DNA from: the human T2T-CHM13v2.0 reference genome, Homo sapiens
Reading direction: 5' to 3' (one strand)
Length of the DNA stretch: 64,000 nucleotides
Assembly: GCF_009914755.1 (NCBI RefSeq)
Contig: NC_060926.1
Under the pieces are notes generated by a model. It was not told where the DNA came from. It did no database searches and was given only the letters and a program-made list of their open reading frames with translations. The position numbers and the translations under genes were made by a program. Below, piece by piece: positions 13,944 to 27,020 of the stretch. The stretch's first letter is position 1. Every line of letters begins with the position of its first letter.

Positions 13944-14664
13944 TGGGAGTCCATACACAGAACACCGTCAGCAAACTGTATACCTGAATGAGTAAATATT
14001 CAGATTCTGCACTGAACATCGTGTCTTGTCATCTCCCTGACTCATTATGCACAACCACTTTAGGGTCTGTAGCAGAGATGCTGTCACTGACAAAGGTCAC
14101 ATATCTAGAAGGTGTGAGAGTCTGGATTCTAACCCAGGTCTGATCACAAAGCCCAGCCCTCAACCCCAGAGCTCCATAGTCAAAATGTTTCTCTTTGCTT
14201 GCAACCACAGTGTCTGCTCCTGAAAGTGTGTAGGTCTGGTCACAGGCTCTTGTGAAGACATAATGATCCTGGACATGGTCCAGAGAAGAGCAATTAAAAC
14301 ACTCAAGGGGAAGAAAAGGCTTCTGTTTGAGGACAGATTTTTAAAAAGCAGTAAAATCTGAAAAAAGGCAGAGTGAGCAGGGCATGATGGAAATCTCTAG
14401 GATGTGGAGAGAACCAAGAGGGAGACAGCCTGCCTGCCAAGGTGGCACTCACTGAAGCTTACAACCAGCAGTTTTAGGACAATGACAAGAAAGTTCTACT
14501 TACCACGTTCCATAAGTTTGCTGCCTGCTGTGTGATCCCAAGAGGTGGCACAGGCTGAAAATATAAATAGAATCCCATCCTATGAACATATTGCTGTGAG
14601 CTCCCTACAGAACGCCTGGCTTCCTATTGTCAAATTCAAGCTCTCAGTTTCTAATGGTTGAAAC

Positions 14665-14877
14665 CAGGAGTGAGCAAACATTTTCTGTAAAAGATCAGAG
14701 TAAATATTTCTGGCTTTGTGGATCAACACTGCCCTAAATGCTCAACTCTGCCATTGTAGTACAAAAGTAGCCATAGACAGTACCTATGAATGAGCATGAC
14801 TGGGTTCTATTAACATGCTATTTACACAATTAGCAAGGCCCAGATTTGACCAGCAAGCTGTAGTTTGCCAACACTTG
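14665..14877 (+). mobile_element. MER58A-like hAT non-autonomous element
   Basis: caggagtgagcaaacattttctgtaaa...ctcaactctgccattgtag...tagtttgccaacacttg. Confidence 0.8.
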
Positions 14878-15598
14878 GTCTACACCAATTCACAGTTGAG
14901 TTGAATCATACAATTTAAAACTGGGAGGCATCTTGATGATCACACCTTTATTTTATAGAGCAGGAGGGTGACATCCAGAGATGTCAGATGAATTTCCCAA
15001 GGTCCTATAGCTGGAGACCCACAGTGGGTTATTAGGGTTGTCCGGGGAAAATATTTAGATGCTCTGAAAATAGTTTCATGAAGGATGGGAGCCAAGTGTC
15101 CCATGCCGGGCATTTCTGACTCTCTTAAATATATGTTGGTGCTCAAAGACTGCCTTTTCTTAGAAAATATATCAGTTTAGGAAGGATTTGGAAATATAGC
15201 CCTTATTTTTAAAGCTATAATATAGCCCTTATTTAAAAAAAAACTGAGGGCTGTTTAAAAATCCCTGGAAATCAGAAAACAAGAAACATACTTCTCCCTC
15301 AAGTCCCTCACCCCTACCCCTAGTTCTCAGATGGGAGACAATTTTATTTCTTGACAGGTTCTGCAAGGGGCATTTGCCCTCAGAGCTGATGGCCCTGCGT
15401 CTGTCAATGCAGGTTGTACATCTCCCTCCCTTAGGTAGGAAGGTGCTCCTTAGGAGCTTGGTGTTGGGCCTGTCCACTGAGAACATTCATCTTCCACATT
15501 TGGGCAAGACTTTGCTGAAAACAATTGCTTTCCATACTCTGTTGGCTACAGCCAGGAACAGTTCAAATTTTTTGGTGCTCAGAGTCTTTAGCAGGAAG

Positions 15599-15602
<4 letters not shown>

Positions 15603-15639
<37 letters not shown>
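15603..15639. repeat. (GT)18 microsatellite
   Basis: Pure GT run. Confidence 0.98.
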
Positions 15640-15642
<3 letters not shown>

Positions 15643-16759
15643 CTGGTGTGGGGAGGGAGGGAGAGGAGCAGCAGCTGACAGCTCAGGAATGCATCAGTGC
15701 TCAGAAGGTTCTAAGAATGATTATGTAGATAACTTGTTTTTTTTCTGGGACCCATTGAAGATCCCTCATGAAAATAAAAACTCATTGACTCAAGTAACCC
15801 TTTAGAAGTCAAAAATCTTAGTGGGAGACAGATGTATCACCGTTGCAGGTTTGGTGTCTGGAGCCCTCAATGGTATCCCCAATTCACTCTGTTCCTTGAG
15901 TCACTTCCTTGGTTGACTCAGTATTGTGGTCTGGGTCAGAGAGGTGAGCCATGTGCTCTTTGGCACTTTAGCAAAATGGCTAAGGTGGGGAAGACAGTAA
16001 AGGTGAGGGGACAGTATAGGCTATCTTAAACCCTGATGGCTTATTTTCCTCTGGAGGTAGCTTTGAGCTTCTGGAATAGAAGGGACTCCATCGTAAAGGC
16101 TTAAAAAGGAGTCGATCAGCTGGAGATTTGGTCCACATAACAAGTAAGGCCACTTGGCCTTTAAGAAGTGTGGTGATGAGGGAACACTGGACTCTGAGAA
16201 TCCAGCTGTGGTCCAGTGACTCCCTGAGCAATTCCTGTCCAAGAGATGTCTCTACTTGAAGGCCACACAAATCTGTCAGTAGACAATTTTTTGTAACCAA
16301 TTGCAAGATTTCCTACCTGTTGGTTGATTGCAAGAGGTGATCAGGCTGTTGGCCTTATAAACAGATGACTGATGCAGGCCTGGCTCCTGCAGGTGAAGAA
16401 GGCTGCTTCAAATTTGTGCTTCAGAGCCAGGAAGTCCTGGATTCAGGTCTCAGCTCCAACACTTACCAGCTTTAGTTCATTGCAGAAGTTATTTTGATTT
16501 TTAATCTCAGCTTTGGAACATAGAAACCAGTCTGTAGCAGATGCTCAGTAAAGGTCATTTTCCTTTTCATCCCAACCTTTCTCACACTTGGCCACTCTCT
16601 TGTTCAACTCCCCCACCCAGTGCAGACCTGGACACTCCCAGAGAGAAGGTCACACCTCATTGGGAAGCTGTTCTTGAGCAGTTCCAGCTTCAAGTCATCC
16701 CTGAATCTACCGCTCATTCAGCATATAACTGCTCTTCAAATATGCTAAGTACTTTTCTC

Positions 16760-17300
16760 TCAGTATAAAGTTGACACATGCATTGCAGAAAATTTGAAAA
16801 ATATAGAAAACATAATTTGGAAAGCATCCCCAATAAATATAACTTGCAGTGATGAGCACTGTTAGCATTTTGGTATGTTTCTTCCTATTTGTGCTTGTGT
16901 GGGCAGGCATAGGTTTTACAAAATTGGAATCACATTGACTGTAGATTTTGTATACAGCTTGTTCTTTTCACTGACATTCTGACATTTCTCATATCATTAA
17001 AGTCTTTGAAAACATATTAAATATTTTTAATGGTCACCAAATTTTCTGTGGCATGGATATATTGCAATGTGTGTAAGGTATTCTTAGTTTTGGATACCTA
17101 GACTGTTTCTAATTTTTCAATATTATAAACAACACTGCCATAAATATCACTGTAGGAAAATCTTTGCCACATTCTGATTACTTCTTTGAGATAAATTCCT
17201 AGCAGTAGAAGTCCTGGCCAAAGGATGTGGGAATTCTTAATGGCCTTAACATTGAGGGCCATGTGGTTCTCTAGAAAAGTTGTGTCAATTTCTATCTGTG
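16760..17300 (-). mobile_element. Old L1ME-like 3' fragment
   Basis: tgtttctaatttttcaatattataaacaacactgc...gataaattcctagcagtagaa antisense L1M motifs. Confidence 0.65.
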
Positions 17301-19101
17301 GGGTATGTGTCAATTTCTGTGGGTTGTGCTTCTCAGAATCCTGTTGTAGTACTTAGATTGAAACAAGCAATCTCTCATATGATCCATCAATTATTGGAAG
17401 GTAGCTCTCAAATCTCCCCAGTTTATCTTCTTTCTGGGCTAAAAAGCCATTTCTTCAAAATACTCCAAAGCCTACATTCCAACCTCCTTGCCAAATTAAT
17501 TTGTGGATTAGAGAATATTTTGGTTTGTAATTGTGGTTTAAAAAATGTGTTACCGCAACAGAGCACAGTGTATTAAATGTGGCCTGGGCCATTTCTAATT
17601 CCTTTATTTGGAACCCTATACTTCTATGAATGCAGTCTAAGTTTGCATTTGATTTTTGTTTTTGTTTTAGCAGAGAATTGGCTTATACAAGCTATGGTTT
17701 CCTGACACACTGAGGTTTTAATGCTCTGGTGAATTAGGGTATCTTTTATTTGGTATTTGTTCAACTGATTTTGGGGCGTTAAATCTAAGACTTCTATTTG
17801 TCTTCTTGGTAATAGTTCAGTGTTCCAGTCTGTTTCAATTCTGGTGATGCCCATGGAAAACAGGTCTTTGGTGCCTCAAATGTGTTTCCATGCCACATTG
17901 CCCAGTGGCTGAACCTGGGGCTTTTGCCCAACCTGGCCCTATGCAGAGGTCAGGAGAAGGTCATGGGTTTGTTGAGGCTGGGCTGCCTGGCGCCACCCTG
18001 GCCGACCATCCACTTACAGGTGTTCTCAAGAGTAGCTGGGATCTTGGCCTGAAACAACTTTGGTGAAGAGCATGGCTGACCCCTCTGAGAAGGGCTCTTG
18101 TGTGACGCTGGACAACTCCACCAGCACAGTGGGGCCTCTGGGCTCTGCAGGCCATGCAACTGTCTGCCTGGGCTTTTCCAGCCAGACCTGGCACAGGCCT
18201 GAAGACTGCCAGGATGCTGGCTTGCTCTGTGTCTCCTTAGCCTCTTTCCCTATACAAATAGAATGCAATTCCTCTGGAAAATTGGCACTTAACTGAGTTT
18301 TATAGGCAGGTCTGAGTGCTGGCAGGACCCATGCAAGAGTGCAAATGAATGCCTGAGCCCTCCCTTGACCCCATTCCCAGTTCTTGTCTGAATCCTGAGG
18401 GGCTTGTGCACAGATGGGTGGACATCTTGACCCTTCAAAGGCCTCCCCCAAAATATCCACCCTTTGACCACCCCCTGACTACCCCCAGGTTAGCCGTGTG
18501 TACTGGAGCATGGGCTATGTGAGGAGGGGCTGCAGGTGGGCTTATCCCCTTGGTCCCCCAGGTGCTTCTCCTCATTGGAAGAGTCATGGCTGAGGAGGCC
18601 AGAGCAGAGCCCGTGGAGGCACAGGGCCTGGGGCAGGGATCCCGGAGATCCCATGTAAGGTGATATTGTTCATGAGCAAACTGCTTAGTTTGCTTTTTGG
18701 TTGGTCCCTGCAGATCTATATGCTTCTGTGTGTTGGGATAAGAGGCAGGTGTAGGTGTCTAGAAGGAGCAGCTGAACCTGCATAGAAAGAAAACCCCAAA
18801 TAAAAAGGGGTCAGATCCAAGTCTAAGGGAGCTCTGCTGTACTTGCAGGTGAGAAACCTCAAGACCATGAAAGACACTGAGACAGTGGAAATGACACTGA
18901 CCAGGGGTCAGGGAGCTTGAACTCTCATTCTGGGCCCTGGGCACTGAATGAATGTTCTGACCACAGATCTCAAGGCATTTTGGCCCACAAGAGTTCAAGG
19001 CCCAAGGTATGAAAGAACTCGCCTGCAAGTGGCTCCCAGATCCTCTGAAAATGAACACCGTGTCCACGGCCCTTGCACGCCTGTGCCCTGTGGCACCTCG
19101 G

Positions 19102-19198
19102 CCTGTCACCTCCCCAGTTCTAGAGGAAAACATGTCTCCTCCCCAGTTCTAGGGGAGAGCATGTCTCCTCCCCAGTTCTAGGGGAAAGCATGTCTCCT
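19102..19198. repeat. 29-bp minisatellite, ~3.3 copies
   Basis: Unit CATGTCTCCTCCCCAGTTCTAGGGGARAG at 19102, 19131, 19160 and a partial copy at 19189. Confidence 0.9.
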
Positions 19199-19699
19199 TC
19201 ATTTCTGGGGCCACCCAGGCTTCCCTGCACATCTATTCAGTATTTGGTTCCTATGCATGGGGATAATGAGACTCTTATTTAATTCAAATAATTTCAGTTC
19301 CATCCCATTCAACTCTCTCCCAGCAACTACAACTCTGTCTTTTATTGCAACTATCATTTGCTTTTTTGATGGAGGTAAAACAGAAAATATAAACAGACGT
19401 TCAAAATAACCCCCCTGCCTTTTCCTTCATATTTTCAAAGTGCTTTCCCATAAAGTATTTCATTACAGACTCCAGCAGCTGCTGTGAAATATGGTCTCAG
19501 ATGTAGAAGCCAATGAAAACCAAATGAAAAGAAATCCTAAGAGCAGAAAAAAGGAGAGAGTAGTCCTGCTAGGCCCACAGCCCCATTTCTGCCAGGACTG
19601 GGCAATGCCCAGGTACCTGCTTGTTGCTTGAGGGGACTGTTCAGAAATTTCTCCTCTTCTCCTCCTACTTCTCCTGCTCCTCCTGCTCCTCCTCCTTCT

Positions 19700-19989
19700 T
19701 CTTTTAGGGACAGGGTCTCACTGTGTTGCCCAGGCTGGAGTGCAGTGTTGTGATCATAGCTCTCTGTAACCTAGAACTCCTAGGCTCAAGAGATTCTCCC
19801 ACCTCAGCCTTGAGTAGCTAAGACTACAAGTGCATGCCACAACACCTGGCAATTTCTTAAAAAGTTTTATTGTAGAGATGAAATCTCGCCATGTTGCCCA
19901 GGCTGGTGTCAAACTCCTGGCATCAAACCATCCTCCCACCTGACCTCCCAAAGTGCTGGGATTACAGGTGTGAGCCACTGCACCAGGCC
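19700..19989 (-). mobile_element. AluJ element
   Basis: gacagggtctcactg, gatcatagctc and ggctcaag are old-Alu diagnostics; heavily diverged. Confidence 0.9.
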
Positions 19990-20108
19990 TCATGTGTCTT
20001 CTAAAATCCTCCTTTATTTCTTAATTTCTTCTTCCTGTATTACACTGCTTCTTCGAAACAAAATTCTAAAATCTCACAGCTGGAAGTAGCTGTAGTCATT
20101 ATTTAGGC

Positions 20109-20296
20109 CAGTGGTTCTCAAAGTGTGGTCCCTGGGTCAGAAGCATGAGCCCCATTTGGGAATTTGTTAGAATCGGTCTCAGGCCCCACTTCCGACCTGC
20201 TGAGTGTGAAATTCTGGTGGTGGCGGAGTGGGGGCAGCTGTGTTTTACCAAGCCCTCCAGATGGTCCTGATGCACATCCAAGTTTGAGAACCACTG
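20109..20296 (+). mobile_element. MER5A hAT MITE
   Basis: Perfect 14-bp TIRs CAGTGGTTCTCAAA / TTTGAGAACCACTG; degenerate 8-bp TSD ATTTAGGC/ATCTGGGC. Confidence 0.9.
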
Positions 20297-23099
20297 ATCT
20301 GGGCCAAGATCCTAATTTCAAACGGAGGCCCTTGGGCAGAAGGGTGATGTTCTTTGTCATACAGTGTGACACGGTCAGCTGCAGGGCCCAAATGAGAAGC
20401 CAATCTCCCAGCTCCTGTCATGATCCACTCCCTCTGCTGACCTGTCTACAGAGCAGTTTCTCTGGCCTGCATCCCACTCCATGCAGAGGCGCAGAGGACA
20501 AACCAGACGGGCAGCTCGTGTCCCCAAGATGGCGGGTGCCATTGCTGCTGGCCGCCCGAATGGTAAGGGCTTTGGAAGGTGCATCCTCTGAGGACACATG
20601 ATTTCTGAAAAGCAGAATACACCCTCCCACCTGCTCCCTGCACTTCGTTTGGTCTTTTTTCTTCAGACAAATCTGCGACTGAACATGTTCAATGTCTCCC
20701 CTGCACCAAGCAGATGAATGAGCCTCCCGACAGACTGTGTGCTCTCTCTAGCATGTTATCTTGGGTTATGGAAATTGGGTAGGTCTCCCCTTCTTCAGTT
20801 CCTCCCCACACTTGGAGTCCATAAAAGGCAGGGATATGGGCAGCTTGATCCTGGACACCAGCATTCTTGGGATGGTGTTGAACACAGTAAAACATGCTTA
20901 TTAAATGTCAACACTGGGCACGCATATGTGGATATTTACTGAGTGGCTACCACATGCCAGATGCGCTATCAGGCCTCGCTTCCTCCCTCAAGGCTTAGTG
21001 GTCAGTGAGTCCCCAGGGCCACACTCCAGCCCATTTCCACTGCCAGGATGCCATGCCTCCATCCCATGTCACCCCTCCCATTTCTCTTCCCTTCCCTTGA
21101 TGTCCCCATGTGCCTTGTGGTCCTGATGGGATGCAGAGAAGCACTCACCCCAGGGGGCCTGACTCCCCAGAACAAGAAGGCAAAGTCACTCACTGAAGAG
21201 GGAGGCAAGGGTGCAACCAGGTGCTCCAGAGGCCTGGAGAAGGTTCTGGGCTCCAGGACAGGGAATGTGCTTAAAATGAATATGAGATGGTTAAGATTCT
21301 GCTCAGCGGGAGAGAGAGACAGCAAAGGCTGGATGGGGACCTTCAGCCTGACCTGAGGTTTTGCCACAGACTTGGTGGAACTTTGAGAAGCAGGGGCTGC
21401 AGTAGGTTAGAGAGGATGGTGGAGGGGCCTGACTTCTGCATCCAGGCTGGATGAGACTCATGCCCAGTGGACTGGGCGAGGGGAAGCCCAGAGAGATTGG
21501 GGACCCTGGGGAGACCAGAGAGGCAGGGGTGTTTTTCAGGGATCTGGGGAGGTGAAAACCATAGTGGTGGGAGTGAGGCAGCTCCCAGTGTGAGGATGCT
21601 AGACAGACATCATCCCAGGGATTAAAGCTGGTCAGAAACAGTAAGTGTAGTAGCAATGTTTACTGAGCCCAGGCCCCAGGATAACTGCTTAGCATGCATT
21701 TTCATATTTATCCCCGACAACAGTTTTTCCAGGACCTGTAATGTGTCAGGTACCATCGAGGTCATGTCACATTCCTGTTTCCTTTAGTTGGCCTCTCCAC
21801 ACCCCAGATCAGGAATCTGAGGAATAGAAATGCTTCTTGACTTGCCAGGGATCCTCGGCTAGCAGGGAGCCGAGCTGGTCCTAGATCCTAGGTCTTCCGA
21901 CTTGAAACTCACAATTCTTTTGCAAATGTCTCAGTTGGTTCTTTCTAGTCAGAGAAGCTAGTGAGAGTGACATCCAGAACAACCTAAGGTAAAATCCCAC
22001 CAGGGGCTCAAATATCTGGTGCCCCCTGAAGCCTGTGCTGGAGAGAGGGAAGAAAGAAGCAGGGAGCTGTGACAGGTACTCAGAATCTACCAAGCAGCAC
22101 TCTGGCACCTCAACATGTGGCATCATGGAAAGCTCATAAGATTTGTGCTCAGAAACTCTGTGCTGCTCTTATTACTGAGATGCCTCCAGAAGAGACTTGT
22201 GTGTACTGGTGGCTAAGAATGCATGCTGAGGTTAACTCTCAGAGCTGCCAGGAAAACCAAAGGAGAGAGTGGCTGTGAGAGTGTGCCACAAAGCTCACTT
22301 GGAGTGATAGGACTTCTATTTATTTATTTGACAGGTGTCTATGAGCACCTGTCATGTCACATACAGATACTTGGGGCCTCAGCCATGACAAGTGTCTAGC
22401 TCCCAGCAACATTACAGTCATAACCAAAGAGTGGTGAGTGCCACATCTCATAACTCCCCCAGGTCATTTGTAACTTTTGAGGCCACTCTCTTCTTTTAGT
22501 CCTAATAGAAGCTGCAGTTCCTGACCTTTGGCCCTTAAGTAAGTTGGTCAATAAATGCTGTCTTAATGCTTTTATTGAGTAGATTTCACCTGGGGGTAGA
22601 ACAATAGCTCACAGGACAGGTCCTAGACAGGTGGGCTTTTTCTGCAGCCCAGACCCTCTTGAAGTAGCTTGGGTTCAAGATTGAAGCCTCCTTGCCTTTG
22701 CTGCTCAAACCCATAGACTTAGGGCTCCTTCTAGGGGAAACTTCACCTCTGTTCCTGGTTGTAAGGCCTCCCTTGAAGCACTATATCTGAGTATAGAAGT
22801 ACTACATCTGACGTAGACGAATACTGGGGAGGAGAATGGTGAAATCTTGCACAAGTTGGCAATTTCAGGGAAGTAGAAGAGAGTGACTTTCTCAGTAGGC
22901 ATGCTCTTAACTAGTTCTAAGTAATGATTTGGAATGTTTTCATGTTTTACCTAGCTCAGTTTGGTCTTTGGTTTGGATCTTTCTTGTCCTCTGATTTTCA
23001 GAAAAGAATGTCCATTCTGGTCTCAGCTCCTCCTCCTTAGGGCATTTGGATCACTCACTGAGCTCCCAGGCAGAAACAGAGTGGAACTTGAGTTGGACC

Positions 23100-23500
23100 T
23101 GCCATGTACTGTGTGACCTTGAGCAAGACCGTTGACTGCTTGAACCTGAGTTTATTGAACCTGTGAAATGGGAATAAAATTATTCACCCAGTTTAGATCA
23201 GGATCAAACTACCATCACCACCACCACCACCACCACCATCACCACCATCACCACCACCACTACTAACCCTCTTAACCGAGTGAGCATTTATTGTGTCCAG
23301 TGTTGTGCTACGAACTTTACATGAATTATCCCATTTAATCCCTACAATGATTCTATGATATAGATGTTAGCAGCACTCTGAGTTTGCAGGTAAGGAAATA
23401 GAAAATGCCAATATAATTTGCCCAAAGCCATGCAGTTAGGAAGTGATGGGACAGAAATTTGAACACAGGCAGACTGACTCCAGGGTCTGAACTATTCAGC
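23100..23500. mobile_element. Two opposed MIR fragments with an intervening (CAC)n repeat
   Basis: tgtgaccttgagcaag...ctgtgaaatgggaataa (+), CAC run ~23210-23260, then antisense MIR (ttgcccaaagccatgcagttag...tttgaacacaggcagactgactcc). Confidence 0.7.
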
Positions 23501-24923
23501 CTCTGCTGCAACTTAGGAAGCAGGTCTTGCCTGGTTCCTCATCACTATTGAAACTTCTCTTTATCTTTTCTCGCTGTCTTCCTTCCACTTGGATAACTGG
23601 ATTCACCTTTCATTAACCTGGATTCAAAGAAGCAAGAAGGCATCTCTTCCATGCACTGACTAACTTCGTTGCAAGCGTGCTGCTTTCATCTTTTGTGTAC
23701 CTAAAGATGCCTGCAGAACCACATCCAACATGGCTGATACCTGGACCTTTGTGTATCAAATAGCTTGGGAGGGTCATGACTGGGCCTGAGAAGAGGAGAC
23801 AGTGGCTTGTGGAATGAACTCAATTTGTGCACTTTCCCAGGGCATGGGGGAGGAAATGACAGTGACTTGTTGCTTGGGAAATGCTGATGGGTGGCCTGGT
23901 ATCTTGGGAATGTGCTCAGGCAACCAGGGGATGTTGTTCCAACCTCTCCTTCTCCTCCTCATTCCTGGGATGGTACTTTGGACTCCTCTTCACTATTCCC
24001 AGGCACAAAAGAGAAATATGACTCTGTCGTTTGTCGATACTCTTAGTGCTAATTTAATCACAACAAAACTCTACGTATCGGTATATGCCTGCTTCAATGC
24101 TAGTATTTGATGCTATCTAATTTACTCCTGGCAGTCCTGTGAGGGTGCTATCATTACCCTCATTTTATAAACAAACAAACTGAAATTAAGAGATGAAGAA
24201 ACTTACCCAGGATTGCACAGACAGAAAGGATGAAACTGAGATTCAGATACAGAGCCTGGATTCTTAATCACTGTGTTATATACTGTGACCCATGGAGTCA
24301 CCCCAGGCACTTCCCCAGTGCAGTGTCCCACTCTGAGTGGGTCCACCCTTGCTTCCTTTGTAGTGAGCTAGGCTGTACACATGGATCCATCACCTGGGTG
24401 TCTGGCCCAGGCCAAGTTGCTTGGCTTCTGTTTGTTCATGTGCAGCACCATGGTCATCACAGTGATGTGCTCGCCCCACAGAATCATTGCAAGAACATAC
24501 CAAGGTAAAGCGATAAAACATACTTTCAACTCACCAGGCATTTGTTCAGCTCCAACTATTAACTAATGCTAAATATTGGAGGAGGAGGTGACACCCAGGG
24601 GTTGCAGGCTCAGGGAGCTAGAGATGTGAACTTAGTAGCCCAAATCTGAGGGTGGGTATCTTAAATGCAAATAATATACTTAGGAGAGGCTGAGGAGAAG
24701 ATAATTCCAACATTGAGAAATATTTGGAACAGGTGGTCTGAGCCAAGGTTTGAAAGACTTCAAAAGGTAAGCGGTAGGATGAACAGGTACTTCCAGGCTA
24801 TGAGAACAACTTGACTGACTACGAGAAAAGAGGACATAAAGCATGTGAATGGGTGATGTATGTGCAGGAGCCAAGAATCTGTCTTTCTGCCTGTGGGCTC
24901 CATAGGATAAGGCAGTGGCCAGT

Positions 24924-25276
24924 TGTCTTAGCATGTTTAGGCTGCTACATAACGCTGCTATAACAAAACACCATAGATTGGGTGGTTTATAAACAACGGA
25001 AATGTATTTCTTATAGTTCTGGGGGCTGGGAAGTCCAAGATCAAGGCAGATTGGATATCTGGTGAGGGCCCGTGTTCTGACTTATAGAAAGCACCTTATT
25101 GCAGGGTCCTCACATGGCAGAAGGGGTGAGGGGCCTCTCTGCAGCCTCTTTTATGAGGACATTAATTTCATTCCCATAGGCTCCACCCTTATGATCTAAT
25201 CATCTCCCAAAGGCCCCACATCCTAACACCTTCACCTTGTGAATTTCTGAGGGACACAAACATGCAGATAATAGCA
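24924..25276 (-). mobile_element. MaLR solo LTR (MLT1A-like)
   Basis: tgtcttag...gctgctataacaaaacaccatagattgggtggtttataaacaac...atagca; 4/5 TSD CCAGT/CCATT. Confidence 0.85.
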
Positions 25277-26729
25277 CCATTCTGAAGCCTTTCAAGCCAT
25301 GCAGAAGACTTCCACATATATTCTCATATTTTCCATGGGAAGCTTCGCCTGGGTTTTACAGAGGAGTGTCATGATGCCATCTATTTTAAAAAGATCCCTT
25401 TGGGGCAACACTAGAGAGACTGGGTGAACCCAGAGGCTGGAAGGTGGGTGAGGGGGATCTTGCAATAATACAGGCAAGAGGTGATGAGGGCCTGAGTTCA
25501 GGCAGTCAAAGAAGGGATGGAGAGGAAATGAGGGCTGCTAGAGACATTTGGAAAGGAGAACAGACAAGTATTGGACAGGAAGGAGAAGGAAAGGACTTCT
25601 TCCTCCCATAGGGCAGTTCCCCTGCACCCCTGCAATACACACCCAGCTTCCCCACACACTTGGAGGTGGCCTGGCAGAAGAGAGATTGACATTTCTCTTT
25701 ATCTGCTGGCCTTTTAACTCTGTTCATAGCCATGAAGTCACCTTCTTTTTTTTTTTTTTTTTTTTTTTTTGCCTTACTACATTTGGATGATTTTCGTTAT
25801 AATGATTGTCATAGTCATAACTATAATAATTATAGTGGCAATAATAAGATTCTGAATGGCTCCAGAGCCTTTCTTCCTAGGATGTTAATGTGTGAGGTGG
25901 GGGTAGGAGGGTTCCTGGCAGGAATATTATTAGATCCAATTTGCTGAAAAGTCACTCTCTGCCATTTGGAAAGAATCTGGCCAAGAGGGAAGCATTTCTG
26001 GCCTTTGGAGCATGGACTTGTTCCCAGATGAGAACCCATGTTCTCCATGAAGACTGGCAAGGGGGTTCCTGCTGCCTGGTGGGGTATGCTAAATGCCGAT
26101 TGGCTGCTCGTGATGGAGAAAGGTGGAGAGGTATGCTCCAGAGCTTTGCCCCTCTCCCGTCTCTAAGAAGCCTTCCCACAGGTCTCTGGTGGACAATGAC
26201 TCCTCCGTGCCTGCCTCAGGCTCTCCTATTGTTGGGCTGTATGATTAGCATTTAATCATAATATACAATATATTGTAGCATTTTATGAGTTACAAAACCT
26301 GTTTGGCTTCATTATTTCATTTAAACCTCCTAGCCACAGAGGTTAATATTATTATCATTCCCTCTCTACAAATGGATTCATTTGTTCAATGAACTTGCAT
26401 GGAGCAGATAGTGTTAAATACTATGAAAATGAAGCATATGTGGTTCTGGGGGCTTCACCCCCAAATCAGGTACTCAGAGGTAAAGTGACTAAGACCCCAA
26501 GCAGAAGACTCTGATTTTCTTTCTCCAAGTTGCTTGCTCTCTTCTTTATTCAGCATACTTCAACAGCATACTTCATTCAGCATACTTGAACAGCATACTA
26601 CAGTTACCCTAACTTTCAATTGTTCAAACTACCAAATTTGAGCACTTTACTGCTTCATGTTTCAAATGTTCATTTTGTCTTCCCAAACACATGGGAAAAA
26701 TCTATATAAAAAAAGGACTTTACCAATTT

Positions 26730-27020
26730 ACTTTTATTTTTATTTTGAGATGGAGTCTTGCTCTGTCGCCCAGGCTGGAGCGCAGTGGCATGATCTCGGC
26801 TCACTGCAACCTCTGCCTCCTGGGTTCAGGCAATTCTCTGTCTCAGCCTCCCGAGTAGCTGGGATTACAGGCGCCCGCCACCATGCCTGGCTAATTTTTT
26901 GTATTTTACAAAAAATACAAAAGACCTGGCCAGGCTGGTCTTGAACTCCTCACCTTGTGACCCACCCTCCTCGGCCTCCCAGAGTGCTGGGATTATAGGC
27001 GTGAACCACTGTGCCCAACC
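26730..27020 (-). mobile_element. AluS element with rearranged linker
   Basis: Antisense Alu; the segment after the central A-rich linker is replaced by an inverted copy of the linker. Confidence 0.92.

Noticed and set aside
19102-19198. CRISPR-like 29-bp repeats with internal hairpin
   Set aside because: Units abut with no unique spacers, there are no cas genes, and the DNA is primate.
26550-26600. CAGCATACT x4 short repeat
   Set aside because: Ordinary slippage-type micro-repeat with no recognisable motif function.
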